Shown here: in pieces, positions 12,001-18,390 of the stretch
Position numbering within the stretch: the first letter of the stretch is position 1
Layout: each line of letters opens with the position of its first letter
Source of the DNA: Barthelona sp. PCE
Taxonomy: Eukaryota
Assembly (NCBI GenBank): GCA_040285745.1
Contig: JAUFOR010000004.1
Span: 930,001 to 994,000 of the forward strand
Length of the DNA: 64,000 bases
Reading direction: 5' to 3'
Notes under the pieces: model-generated
Told to the model about the DNA's origin: nothing
Databases searched by the model: none
What the model saw: the letters and a program-made list of their open reading frames with translations, nothing else
Made by a program: the position numbers and the translations under genes

Positions 12001-13723
12001 ATAGTAACCTTGCACTACTTGCAATGAACGTTTTTTGTGTAACAGTTGAACATTCGCTATCAGGAAATAGAAAAGTTACGTCAGAAGTTTCTTCACAATC
12101 TGTTGTTTCTTGAACAATAAATTGGCTCGAAGGGGTAAGCCCAGATCCAGGTGCGTACAGCCTTGATTCCGTTACAATGGAAGGCGGAGGAATATTATTG
12201 CTAAAACTGTGAAATATATAGAACCCTGGAGACGTATCAGATACTAAAGTAAATGTTTCTGTGATGGTTTTCTGCAATTGGCCAAAGACTTCAATGAAAT
12301 TATTACCGCTACATTTGAATAAAACATCATTTGCAGGAATAACTTTGATCAAAACTCCACCTTTAACCAACAATGACGAGTCTGATAGTACAAGCCAACC
12401 TGTATCGAATGTGATGGTGCCAACTTGTAAAACTGTTGTTGAAATCTCCATTTTTGATTTGAGTGTAAGGGCATTGTCTATTATGATCTTTGATGTTGTT
12501 AGCTGAAAGTCTGAATTGTAGTCCACAATGAGTCTGTCTGAGATGAATTCACCGCACTTCACTCTCAATGCATAGCTTTGACTACTCATAGACTCCATTG
12601 ACAACACATCCGATACCTCAAAGTATGAACTCAACGAACCCTGCACAAGTTTGTATATGTACACATGTGAGGCGTATATCTTCACATTTGGAACAGAAAT
12701 GGAAAATGATCCCAAGAATCTATATGTCGTCATTGGTCCAATTATACAGTCCACACCAGGTGAAAAAGATCCTCCCGTTTGTAGAAAGTGACTGTTTGCA
12801 TCGCGATACCCTCGTAAGATTCCGCCTGAGTATTTGAAATTCGTTACAGTTAGTGTCCCAGCGAATAGAAAAACTGAAGAACTGAACATCTCTAAGGTTT
12901 TAATGGTTGTATCGTTCAATACAACGACGATGCCCCCTTTACGTACGTAAAGGGGTTCATTTATATGTGAACCGCTGTGGATTGTGATATTCGTGTTTGA
13001 GACAGTCAACGATGAAGTGATGTTATGATGAATGTTAATCACGTGCATAAAATTCATGACAGAAACGATTGTCTCGGAGGTGGGCTGTTGAAGAAATGTA
13101 ATTGTGGCATTGTGTCCGTCCAAATGACTGCCAGCGTTTGATGCATCTATTATATTACACATGTAGTGTCCGGATATTCGAAGCCCAAAATAGCACGAAA
13201 AGCTCTGTAGATACGCATACTTACTGATAAACACGTCTGAGAGATCTGCACGATCTCCAATTACAATGGATCCAACACCTCTGTGTGTGTAAGCAGCAAG
13301 CATAGCCTTGGGTGTGATAATGTTCCCGTCGATTGAACCACCTGAATTAACAACTAAACCACTGCCCACCAGTGTCAGCGTGTGATTGTTTAATAGTATA
13401 AGGGAATTACTAGTTAGACTGATACAACTTCCCAAATCGGAGCAATGTACAGTTGTATCGCCATCTAGATGAATATAAGATTCGCTACAAGTTATTCTAG
13501 TGACATACAATGTCCCTTCCAGTCGAATTCCCGATTTTATAAGCCGTATTTCCTTCAAAGAATTGGTTCCCTTGAAAACACGAACTTCATTCGTGACTTC
13601 GATGTTTGCATTAAGGCCAGGATGGTTTATGAAGGCAAACCCATCGTTTTGTGCACTTAAATACATGACACATGTTGTTGAAGTAAACAACAAAAGAAAA
13701 AAAAGTTTGAATAATAATTTCAT
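2..13723 (-). CDS. Giant cell-surface protein (>=4574 aa, 3' end beyond window): signal peptide, long beta-strand-rich ectodomain, IPT/TIG-like domains, ephrin-receptor-like Cys repeats, start of a multi-pass TM region
   Basis: ATG at 13723 gives MKLLFKLFFLLLFTS (signal-like). The same frame is open in spot checks at ~11000, ~3600 and 600-1, and it is absent from the ORF track, as expected if there is no stop in the window. TIG-like PTPIVTSVSPTLLPTDGGIVIITGQYLG at ~3800-3885. CSACPVGEFKTAEGDVPCASCP at ~560-625. RGFMCSMCPNG is followed by hydrophobic LATLLLAVLAFAF and IIIPVAGLVIAYVLLYF. Confidence 0.85.
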   Translation of the reverse strand, partial: MKLLFKLFFLLLFTSTTCVMYLSAQNDGFAFINHPGLNANIEVTNEVRVFKGTNSLKEIRLIKSGIRLEGTLYVTRITCSESYIHLDGDTTVHCSDLGSCISLTSNSLILLNNHTLTLVGSGLVVNSGGSIDGNIITPKAMLAAYTHRGVGSIVIGDRADLSDVFISKYAYLQSFSCYFGLRISGHYMCNIIDASNAGSHLDGHNATITFLQQPTSETIVSVMNFMHVINIHHNITSSLTVSNTNITIHSGSHINEPLYVRKGGIVVVLNDTTIKTLEMFSSSVFLFAGTLTVTNFKYSGGILRGYRDANSHFLQTGGSFSPGVDCIIGPMTTYRFLGSFSISVPNVKIYASHVYIYKLVQGSLSSYFEVSDVLSMESMSSQSYALRVKCGEFISDRLIVDYNSDFQLTTSKIIIDNALTLKSKMEISTTVLQVGTITFDTGWLVLSDSSLLVKGGVLIKVIPANDVLFKCSGNNFIEVFGQLQKTITETFTLVSDTSPGFYIFHSFSNNIPPPSIVTESRLYAPGSGLTPSSQFIVQETTDCEETSDVTFLFPDSECSTVTQKTFIASSARLLFDGSDSQETNVFGFGSVIFSDSGSGLWSLFSGIFGGFIDLIKLTRIQPQFLIVTGGMRCQYEMCDLEVYAQESSIITFFTDPVEETGLITLRTVPIPAGSSYLTQSFRVDLSPFSVLNIESRNLVLQVFGSCEIVICVFPEVNERTQLIASLGSDIRISEFSIDEEMNNSLMLINGFTILDTATVNSVSFDISANTPRSAIVIEGVCDRCLFSNARIIVRDNGYVRSTHASSCEIIVYGHFLIDGEEASINHMLSVYGVFETVSQFESGNVYFSPFSVVINSGTYLLDAELVGFHTLIVKSPAAQMSHTIKDKDPLRNIINVCAEKFIVLYSVPIPSIYIYSDYLVQMKTEVDGGLIFNLHVKAPSLEAVEFLGDSWINVTGNTLVEAVWSHGAKLYVEYDKISQVTAPTGVLQVYSSKGRASFDQHLISQLYILFVGQDITIAADSCNSDRYFYWVTPNGHMNVAEPGDCNAFKHIIEGTYETKKDFSLVTTRFFPLNKPKLVMLSTTLSQFKSYDNWEMTVVFNTSSVNLSLKGGLWDLYSHRETEYRLSAQESIHINFGTYSSLTEIISYTSVTVSGTVHLTLNETVSVICNPQLNNNFLDIDSSGVLDQFSLDVSVVDCDMYIEGDATNAVITLSNGFLQAPNVTVSAFTSSGNSTIYSASIDSIVDISGFLGVGSPMPALPSHVNYTILIPEFFIEFSLQDVSFNLDCGLLELCNVILPQYTTFSNATVKSETPDTVVFHASSLVVKSSSINTVFNVSGDSEMMGEFHATFVYQQLHVDASFNKVMLLTGSIVSGNITFNDGLLWPNSALKNCTVSADVINYSNRTTIDCDEVNVKYMSYVDIQPDSGVSAIDKAPDSNAVSHFGSKQQQTISVFGSDVNDAQYKFEPDAINVYNKHYYIETLKDGTKRVFLRMYRDISRSFVFEDTHILLYRASFSDAEFQTKSSVRLWGEIEGNVVFNNTFVFLDGDVSLKGNVQCHGCRLYLNGFSLSSSGTWTVQSGTQESGVVNGTLSVAQLSVFDALRVSVAHIVCVELEHFNTLFVEAMSSVSTNNVIFSNATIFGRLNVAGNIKVIDVVTVPLYNSTLGISGAFSQSNNIIPLCGMFTTVRVTGDVNLTTDLSCFQWVIVDSAINADIITSNIKVIGSVGHITLVDNAKLWLLGEGNIIINNLTIKTAPDMVAHNPERVTLSVGTLGVSDVANVVFTYIELLTIESIIGDDTIFTFRVRETIIKDIFWCGTIQSYSPLSINSITCSNSLLIDAPFKSDFLSIYGGCDVEMNSLCEIETLNMWYSNISVFEMYSFADVSLTESIIFIERSGPIYSVGIFREGALVINNSQSVEAAIITTQGVLVELSSTVIFKGANRIVFSTRTTSDAFIYINIIVSNTSEMPYFMITEKSALIPMRLNGSIEISNDKQKYIDNEDDVYYNIDANIRYRFVFGEYICADNRYTFVLSSGSVTVSASNTQVFSLGPVTYSSTISTVAYIMSDVHFSAAVELSLPSSMYIGGFNSAITGSDMITFIFTDIYSSNFFIQVSRISTPLKFTNRPIGRRILKMFIFNQSDDVMPEFQFIYGNYGIYSNRFTPSAVSTGTNSISIDLFANYFLIQSIDISMKSNHYFNFRNGFGYITGHDMIKEVSIVHNCIVVYPDWGGIDGVTALTYFKNTKVLVNGTLTIRGFSSAYRTIEFFVAGTGMVDLLMETQSDGSIGMYMEKGSILQFSQNNQLPYFSFHVEYGVRIIGKDTAFAKLFDQSLFSLLFEHAASIILRDRSTNPQLQSWKNYAYFSVTGSVALPIDPLVFKLYVSSTSTITNVDSTFNSIIWNQDIDFTFEYFLRADSYMGSLTAKYVKKSELCNIVWVEKHNNWLFANLDYVGYRSHELKSIMASGYNDTSYDEIVKPGKMLFTRNIRYKVAYIPVKMHIIAFDGTILSGVHTMKDIITLMHGASLSLPIRSELSGCDNIMPFAFAGSFMRQSDFVEYSLSFTNITFEDVNFFIDTLVLVHDGSEDNLQIVAQMKSISLIVNAPLLRVYLAINTTTIQTCLIQSTQTVLSHRMSGIDVQYFDNSIFTRCDECVLSNSLVYDLSQYPSKRCVFSTSLLINSHELKGRFEHCSFESSVASGEFYGQLSFIDSSIEGLINDAVVDANNSTVRAIVRDSTLGGDSFNATLYNTDGTAEGTFRIASTPDKKSHLSGVIEFASDLSMDSSTVEGEVFVAGDASFTLGAASSLTISGSANVSVTEDFNVTAYVERGASLFISNAHSNVEVFNSPNVFVPGAIHRALLDMRSVSETATTNSFVLSGKESQSLNGSPWILVRGNETSNSEGFVVYTSQMEDVRGISFPYSNTNGYSYLRPKLMAMMAIDTCLPRIIPRSGFHTIRCNFTEDQQLFSDNYDFHVSDTCKSTREIPISFIPDGQSKIFEFTIDMQQYIHSPVFSAVEKDSRDILELYKPVVAVPYMYHEQLVVRGGDHITITADEWIHGNECSDYGARFFGQDIPSASTSISELSFVLPPFLGRNHSLHVTDFGIEQGSFCCIDRVPPKIDLIWVNEANIVVRGSDFLDPALFSESVFSLSINGNTYLCDNITVLWNDTHIVAVGLAQLFCPEDTINIVIHHNIYTYDAGSFLLPFPTITSHQSITLIALPQSVSFALSAYYSLACSVSFEYSHTNHRMIGGLTDQGEQLTFTVNNIVGKVTVEVFDTPVTISPPTPIVTSVSPTLLPTDGGIVIITGQYLGDSLFPKATSEVYGYVTLQFVQQERLELLVMPGVGNDILYSIFVAETQIMFSHQHKLSYLPPVLYPPVIGACYTSLRVPLIGANFGPAGTEATARFTYNDWTPSIPVFVLGHRSALAILPPGPDDLCSNPALLETADIRFDVSVGGQTSYSIPAQYSVFPSVEPNNVPCARFASSVTLRVDMSSTGMIPEPRIRLSSDMHISVHTCALDGYLLTCVVPGLVSAEYTGSVQIAGHSEWIALSGRVYAFDVPNQRFIIPIGQEHLVSVKLSHVHTSAIGVNYDGHAMITNTTDEGVAFAHAFSQSGSGIVVTVGDFSVEPSIVFDAVSVDSQTFYMPYGAPYRVSVAATGLHMCRSLVVQVQGIVFLGSFNGATLESDVHVLKTGWSSMHAFCDDVQLYVGEARVFTLDASEIHAFDDAPFSATLCGIGLPPLSLGVCASEACGDCWCFVECVTESLALDPIGIDIPLTRVARPEFSQILWPYGVDHQAKLEPKNPIHSSVSFAMENITFAPSDLALLLGGALYGNTSMRVATPASSYSLSPVTVIKPLLGAILPKKLSMLEDKVIKLTGIHLTEFEGYVLRARYKTTTVYCQLRAGLEFECPFIDPGMYTMDLSTTGGRLFSNGLELQVELPRSELCDTANIPETSRLFELVMNIPHVVALNVALDDARLTDGQRCDVGWSELRREVVDIDREAFVTAISVVLYEPCDVSMVARTANETWVFEPADIVCEQFSSGIMYHELCIMFFDHVRASSFDIELVGCSAVTEVELFGHYVDQVVDLRVVGPMSASIDASSVPLAVAPLNILGRQLAVDQGVLVDGSFVPVANQQLLLSVPKKHGLQCVTVAYSGASTKFCILILAGQAESCAVLTVNSQLVPNTSVPFNVECTDAYGGAASSAVAVECDAGCSFEDSTLILAEPARSNNVTVSSGRFTAITELELMPVPYAAQFFVVRSGIGQPLEIEAHLTDYTDQPVADVGDVAVSTDGVLLHEDSWEAHMGIAIVTTPILNIPLGSNVTVAITANSTKATFELTISDMECPAHSMFVGDACVCSPGYTRRDDVCSACPVGEFKTAEGDVPCASCPSTMISPIAAVSPLQCQCADNYRLVESTCVQCHETVSCANNTISSAMPNHFLEPQATVALTCPSLECDGATCVSARGFMCSMCPNGESIGYDLECTGTKWTPLFHHILATLLLAVLAFAFDTATIAAVGAAALTLPFFGLRFYAINILTLKTPIIIPVAGLVIAYVLLYFAPSRMRSMSTFLVCHM

Positions 13724-13970
13724 TTGCTTAAAGTAACCCAACTGCAATAAACGCTAGTAAAAAAGCAGGTCTCATTGTAAAAAAACAAGAAGTAAGAATG
13801 AATAAGATATTGAAAGTTTTTTCATGTCTCATGAGCATTTTTTCATATAGTAAGAAAAGTAGTCTTCTGTAAACTGGATGATTTATTTGTTAAACAGGGA
13901 AAATCTGGTTTTAAATGTGTTTTAAATCTCCAATTTTGGCAGGTTAACATAATGTTTATTTAAATGTGAT

Positions 13971-15404
13971 TTATTCGGTCATAAAATCGACCATCCACTT
14001 ATCAAAGTTGCTCCTGTTTGGATACTTTCCACTATCAAGGCTGATCCAACCTCTGTGCAAAGTTGACTGCAAATGAGAGAAGCAGTCGAATGTCTGCTTT
14101 CCGTGATAAGAACCAAAACCAGACTTGCCCACACCTCCAAAAGGGAGCTCCTCAACAGCAACATGACTGATGATATCATTGATACACACACCACCTGCCT
14201 GAATCTGTGAAAGATATTGCTCTATAACATGTTTATCCTTTGAAAAAACGTAGGCTGCAAGTGCTGGTGGCTTGCTCTGAGCGTATGCAACACACTCTTC
14301 AATATCAGAGTACTTGTAAATGGGGAGAATAGGACCAAAGATCTCTTCATTAGCGATTCGCATATCAGGAGTAACACCTTCTAAAAGAGTTGGGGCCATG
14401 TAACGCTCCTTCTCATCGTATGTACCTCCGAGCAGAGGGGTGGCTCCCTTTTCAAGAGCATCATCGAGCAGAGCTTTCAGTCTGCTGAAGTGGCGATCTG
14501 CAATAATACGTCCAAACTCTTCTGTTTCCTGAGGATTTTCTCCATACACTTCGCGAACTGCGTAGGCATATTTAAAGGTAAATTCTTCATAGACGTCTTC
14601 GTGTACCATAAGATAATTTGGTGCTACACAAATTTGGCTTGCGTTGAAGAACTTACCACAGAGACGTTTAGCTGATACATCCAGGTTTGCGGTTTCTGTC
14701 ACAATGGACGGGTTCTCGCCTCCCAACTCAAGTACATAAGGAATAAAACGCTCAACACACTGCCTGGCAATGATTTTTCCCACTGTAGATGATCCAGTGA
14801 AGAAGACAAAGTCTATCTTACATGCTTCATCGGGTGCTAATAAAGTTGTTGTGAGTGGGACATCCAGCTCTTCACCAGCAAGCACTACAATGGCATCAGT
14901 GTCGAGATACTCTGGTACGAGACGGCATATCAGGGCTGTTGTTTCAATTGTATAGGGAGAGGGTCGGAGAATGGAACAGTTACCAGCAGAAATTGCACCA
15001 GCAAGAGGACCCAACGAAAGCATAACAGGAAAGTTGAATGGTGCAATAACCAGGGTTGTTCCGTATGGTCTTGGTTGCACGTAAGCACTTGACGGTTTGA
15101 ACGCCATTGAGGTTCCCACCTTTCTTGGCTTCATTAAACTTTTAGTGTGCTTCTTCAGATACTTAATTTCCTCAAAAAATGGGAATAAGTCCAGTAGTCT
15201 TGCGTCCATTCGTCCACGGTGCAAATCAGCCACAAGGGCATCAATAAACAGGTCTTTGTTGTCTTTCACCATATCTTCAAGACGTTGAAGCTGTTCAAGT
15301 CTCCATTCAAGAGATTTAGTTTTTCCAGTCTTGAATGTTTCCTTTAAGCGATTAGATACTTCGTAACAATCTTCTATAGTATTATCAGGAAAAGGTTCTG
15401 ACAT
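13971..15404 (-). CDS. Aldehyde dehydrogenase, class 3-like
   Basis: PFNFP, FTGSSTVG, LELGG, catalytic Cys in NASQICVAPNY, EEIFGP, LPFGGVGKSGFGSYHG. Confidence 0.95.
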   Translation of the reverse strand: MSEPFPDNTIEDCYEVSNRLKETFKTGKTKSLEWRLEQLQRLEDMVKDNKDLFIDALVADLHRGRMDARLLDLFPFFEEIKYLKKHTKSLMKPRKVGTSMAFKPSSAYVQPRPYGTTLVIAPFNFPVMLSLGPLAGAISAGNCSILRPSPYTIETTALICRLVPEYLDTDAIVVLAGEELDVPLTTTLLAPDEACKIDFVFFTGSSTVGKIIARQCVERFIPYVLELGGENPSIVTETANLDVSAKRLCGKFFNASQICVAPNYLMVHEDVYEEFTFKYAYAVREVYGENPQETEEFGRIIADRHFSRLKALLDDALEKGATPLLGGTYDEKERYMAPTLLEGVTPDMRIANEEIFGPILPIYKYSDIEECVAYAQSKPPALAAYVFSKDKHVIEQYLSQIQAGGVCINDIISHVAVEELPFGGVGKSGFGSYHGKQTFDCFSHLQSTLHRGWISLDSGKYPNRSNFDKWMVDFMTE

Positions 15405-15475
15405 TGCTTGTTGAAATGGGATGAAAATGTTTATGCAGCTTTCATTCCTTTAAATGTCATTCCTTTTGTCCTGCA

Positions 15476-15617
15476 TGTGGTAGGTGTGCTAGAGATCGTG
15501 GTGAAAGCCATCATTTTAGCATGTAAAGAAACGTAAAAGAGGTATTCCATATTCTTTGTAAGTATGATAAGGCTCAATACTTGGGCCTTCGCAAATGAAT
15601 ACCAATTTCCTACACGG
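15476..15617 (+). ncRNA. Candidate structured RNA: two long hairpins inside a closing stem, family unknown
   Basis: Hairpin 15486-15522 capped by GUGGU-GAAA-GCCAU. Hairpin 15541-15603 has GGUAUUC/GAAUACC, UUUGU/GCAAA and AAGGCUCAA/UUGGGCCUU. GUAGG (15480-84) pairs with CCUAC (15609-13). G-U pairs favour the + strand. Confidence 0.45.
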
Positions 15618-15705
15618 TTGTGCACTTACTCTGGCCAGCTCCAATTCTTTAAACTTTAACTGTGAATTGTACAAGTATAATTTTTTATCACAAAAAGTTA
15701 CACAT

Positions 15706-16326
15706 TTATTTGTTTTTGAAGCTTTGCAGGTCATACTCAAGTGCACGGGCTACAATTGGCTGACATTCCTCGCTCCAATGAATACCATCAGCCATAAAAG
15801 CTTTTGCTTTAGACAGTAAAAGAATTTGTTTAAGAGAGGTGCGCAGTATTTTGTGAAGCTCATCAGTTTCTTCAAACCGCTCATCCACACCTTCATTTAG
15901 TTCATTACAGGCATCACACCAGTTCATGAGCATACCATTACCGAAAACACTCGGATTAACTGGTGGAATATCAATCAGAAGGACTGGCGCAATCCTCCTC
16001 AGATTTCTCATCATTAGCAAAAGTGTATCAATTTGACTTGTTAAAGAACCCTTTGCAACATTATTGGTGCCAATCATTACTATGAACAAAGTAACGTTAG
16101 GATAATTGTCAGATTGAAAGAAAGGCACATATTGTTCGGCATGCATAGTATTAATTGTCGCACCACTTATAGACAAGTTAACAAAATCGTGCCCCAATGT
16201 TTTTGCGAGGAGAAAAGGCCAACACTTGGATTTATTCTCGATCTTATAACCATAAGTTAGTGAATCGCCAAAGAACACGATCATTATAATGGAAAAAATG
16301 CAGTAAACAACAGATACACCGTTCAT
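15706..16326 (-). CDS. SGNH/GDSL hydrolase (lipase/esterase)
   Basis: Block I FFGDSLTYG, block II NLSISG, block III GTNN, block V DGIHW. The start may be the internal Met of MIVFFGDS. Confidence 0.9.
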   Translation of the reverse strand: MNGVSVVYCIFSIIMIVFFGDSLTYGYKIENKSKCWPFLLAKTLGHDFVNLSISGATINTMHAEQYVPFFQSDNYPNVTLFIVMIGTNNVAKGSLTSQIDTLLLMMRNLRRIAPVLLIDIPPVNPSVFGNGMLMNWCDACNELNEGVDERFEETDELHKILRTSLKQILLLSKAKAFMADGIHWSEECQPIVARALEYDLQSFKNK

Positions 16327-16698
16327 TTTTCCTCATAGATTTGCAGCTTATTCCAATTTGCATCGGTGTAGGTGTTTTACAGCATATACACCGTTTAATG
16401 ATCCATATTAGGATCGAAAATTATGTAATGATGGTTTGTGCCTCTATTTGGCTTGGTGCTGAATAGTCTATATGTATTGTGGTCTATTTCAGGTATTTAT
16501 CGTGAAATAGCGTAAATTTGATAAGCAAGACAACATATGCTGAGATATTTTGCAATTCTTCCCTTGCAATAAGCTAGACATTTTTGTATATCAGACACAT
16601 CATCATATCCGGTAAAAAAGACATCTGAGATATCTTGGATACCAAAAATATACTTCTAAGATAATTAACTCGCAATTAATATTACCACTATATTCTCA

Positions 16699-18234
16699 AT
16701 GCTTAAGCTAAAAGTATTGCTCTTCCTGGTGTTAACCAGCTCCGTGTTTGCGGCTGTGTCACCAATGGTTTCTCTAAACGGTTGTAGGCTTGGAGAGGAT
16801 CCGGTTTGCTGCTGTCGAGGAAATGGACAACAATGTACCATCGTACTTAACTCCTGCATTTGTAAGAGAATGCAGCTCACGCTCGCACCTCCTTCAAAAT
16901 GCTCTTCCATTCCTGCTTACAGAGATCTTGCTGCTAACGATCTCCCAGTTCCCAGTATGATTAACATCGCCAAGTGCCAACACCACCACAAGCCGGTTTG
17001 TGGTGTAACTAAGGATGGTGATTTTGTTGAATATCATAATGAATGTGTTGCCAAGAGATCCAACGCTCATATTCTTGTCCACCACCGTTGCCCCCATCCC
17101 AGGCGTCCCGTTGTTGAGAAGGATGTTCGTCCATCCCAGAACGGTGCTTGTCCAAGAGTTAACCGCCCTGTTTGTGCTCTTCAGATGAATCGTGGTTTTT
17201 CAAGACCTTCTCAATCGATTTCGGAGGAAGAGGTCATGGAAAAGATGCACGGTGATATCAACATTCGTCGTCGCCGCGTCAAGGTCAAACACACCCGTCC
17301 TGATCACTACAAAACTGTTATTAACAAGTGTATTGCTGAGCAAAAGGGTATGGTCGTCATGCACGACGGTCCCTGTTGCAAGGTTAATCTTCGTGATTCC
17401 CCCTGTCGTGTACCTAAAGAGTTTGATTCTTTGATTATGGAGCTTCGTGCTAAGAAGAAGAACGATGCATTTGGTGGTCGCCCTGAACCAGAGGACGAGT
17501 ACGAGTACATCACTGAGGACTCTATGGGTGGACCCGTCATCAGAAGAAAGAAGGCTAAGAAATCTCCCATTGATGACATGTTTGCTGCCAACTCTGAGAA
17601 CTCCTTTGATCCCTTCGGCGGTCGCCCTGAACCAGAGGATGAGTACGAGTACATCACTGAGGACCCTATGGGTGGACCCGTCATCAGAAGAAAGAAGGCT
17701 AAGAAGTCTCCCATTGATGACATGTTTGCTGCCAACTCTGAGAACTCCTTTGATCCCTTCGGCGGTCGCCCTGAACCAGAGGACGAGTACGAGTACATCA
17801 CTGAGGACCCTATGGGTGGACCCGTCATCAAGAAGAAGAAGGCTAAGAAGTCTCCCATTGATGACATGTTTGCCCCCCAGCCTGCTTCAAACAAACACCA
17901 TCACCACTTTTTAGTTTACCAACCAGTTTGTTGCAAGACGAAGTACGGTAAGAAATCATCCTTCCCGAACTTGTATGTTGCCAAGAGAAGCGGTGCTGAA
18001 CTTATCCACCCCGGTCTTTGTGATAAGAACCTCGAGTTAATTCGTCGCAAGACCAACTACATTGCTAGTGGCACTATTGATCCTGCTATGTTGAATAATG
18101 CAAACTTTGAATATGAGTGTCCCGTTATTGAGACCAACAACTTCCGTGTCTGCGGTTTTGATGGTGTTACATACGCTTCCGAGTGCTTTGCCAATAAGTT
18201 TGGCACGTTTGTTCTTTATGAAGGCAAGTGTTAG
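16699..18234 (+). CDS. Secreted Kazal-like domain protein with internal 48-aa tandem repeats
   Basis: Signal peptide. Kazal-like motifs PVCG..YHNECVA, CPRVNRPVC..NKCIA..HDGPC, PVCC..HPGLC and VCGFDGVTYASECFA..YEGKC. Confidence 0.8.
   Translation: MLKLKVLLFLVLTSSVFAAVSPMVSLNGCRLGEDPVCCCRGNGQQCTIVLNSCICKRMQLTLAPPSKCSSIPAYRDLAANDLPVPSMINIAKCQHHHKPVCGVTKDGDFVEYHNECVAKRSNAHILVHHRCPHPRRPVVEKDVRPSQNGACPRVNRPVCALQMNRGFSRPSQSISEEEVMEKMHGDINIRRRRVKVKHTRPDHYKTVINKCIAEQKGMVVMHDGPCCKVNLRDSPCRVPKEFDSLIMELRAKKKNDAFGGRPEPEDEYEYITEDSMGGPVIRRKKAKKSPIDDMFAANSENSFDPFGGRPEPEDEYEYITEDPMGGPVIRRKKAKKSPIDDMFAANSENSFDPFGGRPEPEDEYEYITEDPMGGPVIKKKKAKKSPIDDMFAPQPASNKHHHHFLVYQPVCCKTKYGKKSSFPNLYVAKRSGAELIHPGLCDKNLELIRRKTNYIASGTIDPAMLNNANFEYECPVIETNNFRVCGFDGVTYASECFANKFGTFVLYEGKC
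17470..17874 (+). repeat. 144-bp coding tandem repeat, ~2.8 near-identical copies
   Basis: GGTCGCCCTGAACCAGAGGA recurs at 17476, 17620 and 17764. Unit: FGGRPEPEDEYEYITEDPMGGPVIRRKKAKKSPIDDMFAANSENSFDP. Confidence 0.97.
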
Positions 18235-18390
18235 CTAATTAAATAAAACTTTTTCTTTTTTTTTTCAGTTATTTACTTTCTTGCAATCACATTGAGAGCT
18301 CACATGCGATATGTGATCAATTTTCTGAGAAAGTAATCACTACAAATTCGTTTTAATTAAGTTCTCCCTTTCTATCCTTTTCGTTACTTC

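Noticed and set aside
73-13736. Many short ORFs in the track, including 1292-2161 (+, 289 aa)
   Set aside because: They are antisense or off-frame shadows of the giant minus-strand ORF, lengthened by high GC
15624-15690. U1-like ACTTACTCTGG ... AATTTTT (also ATTACCTG at 44342)
   Set aside because: Spacing is too short and U1 stem-loops I-III are not recognisable
16394-16420. Hammerhead-like NUGA-stem-GAAA
   Set aside because: Lacks the CUGANGA core and compatible stems I and III
16536-16640. TPP riboswitch (CTGAGA words)
   Set aside because: The remaining conserved TPP elements are absent; more likely a DNA motif
17470-17874. Possible CRISPR array or mobile repeat
   Set aside because: No unique spacers; it is an in-frame 144-bp coding tandem repeat in a eukaryotic gene
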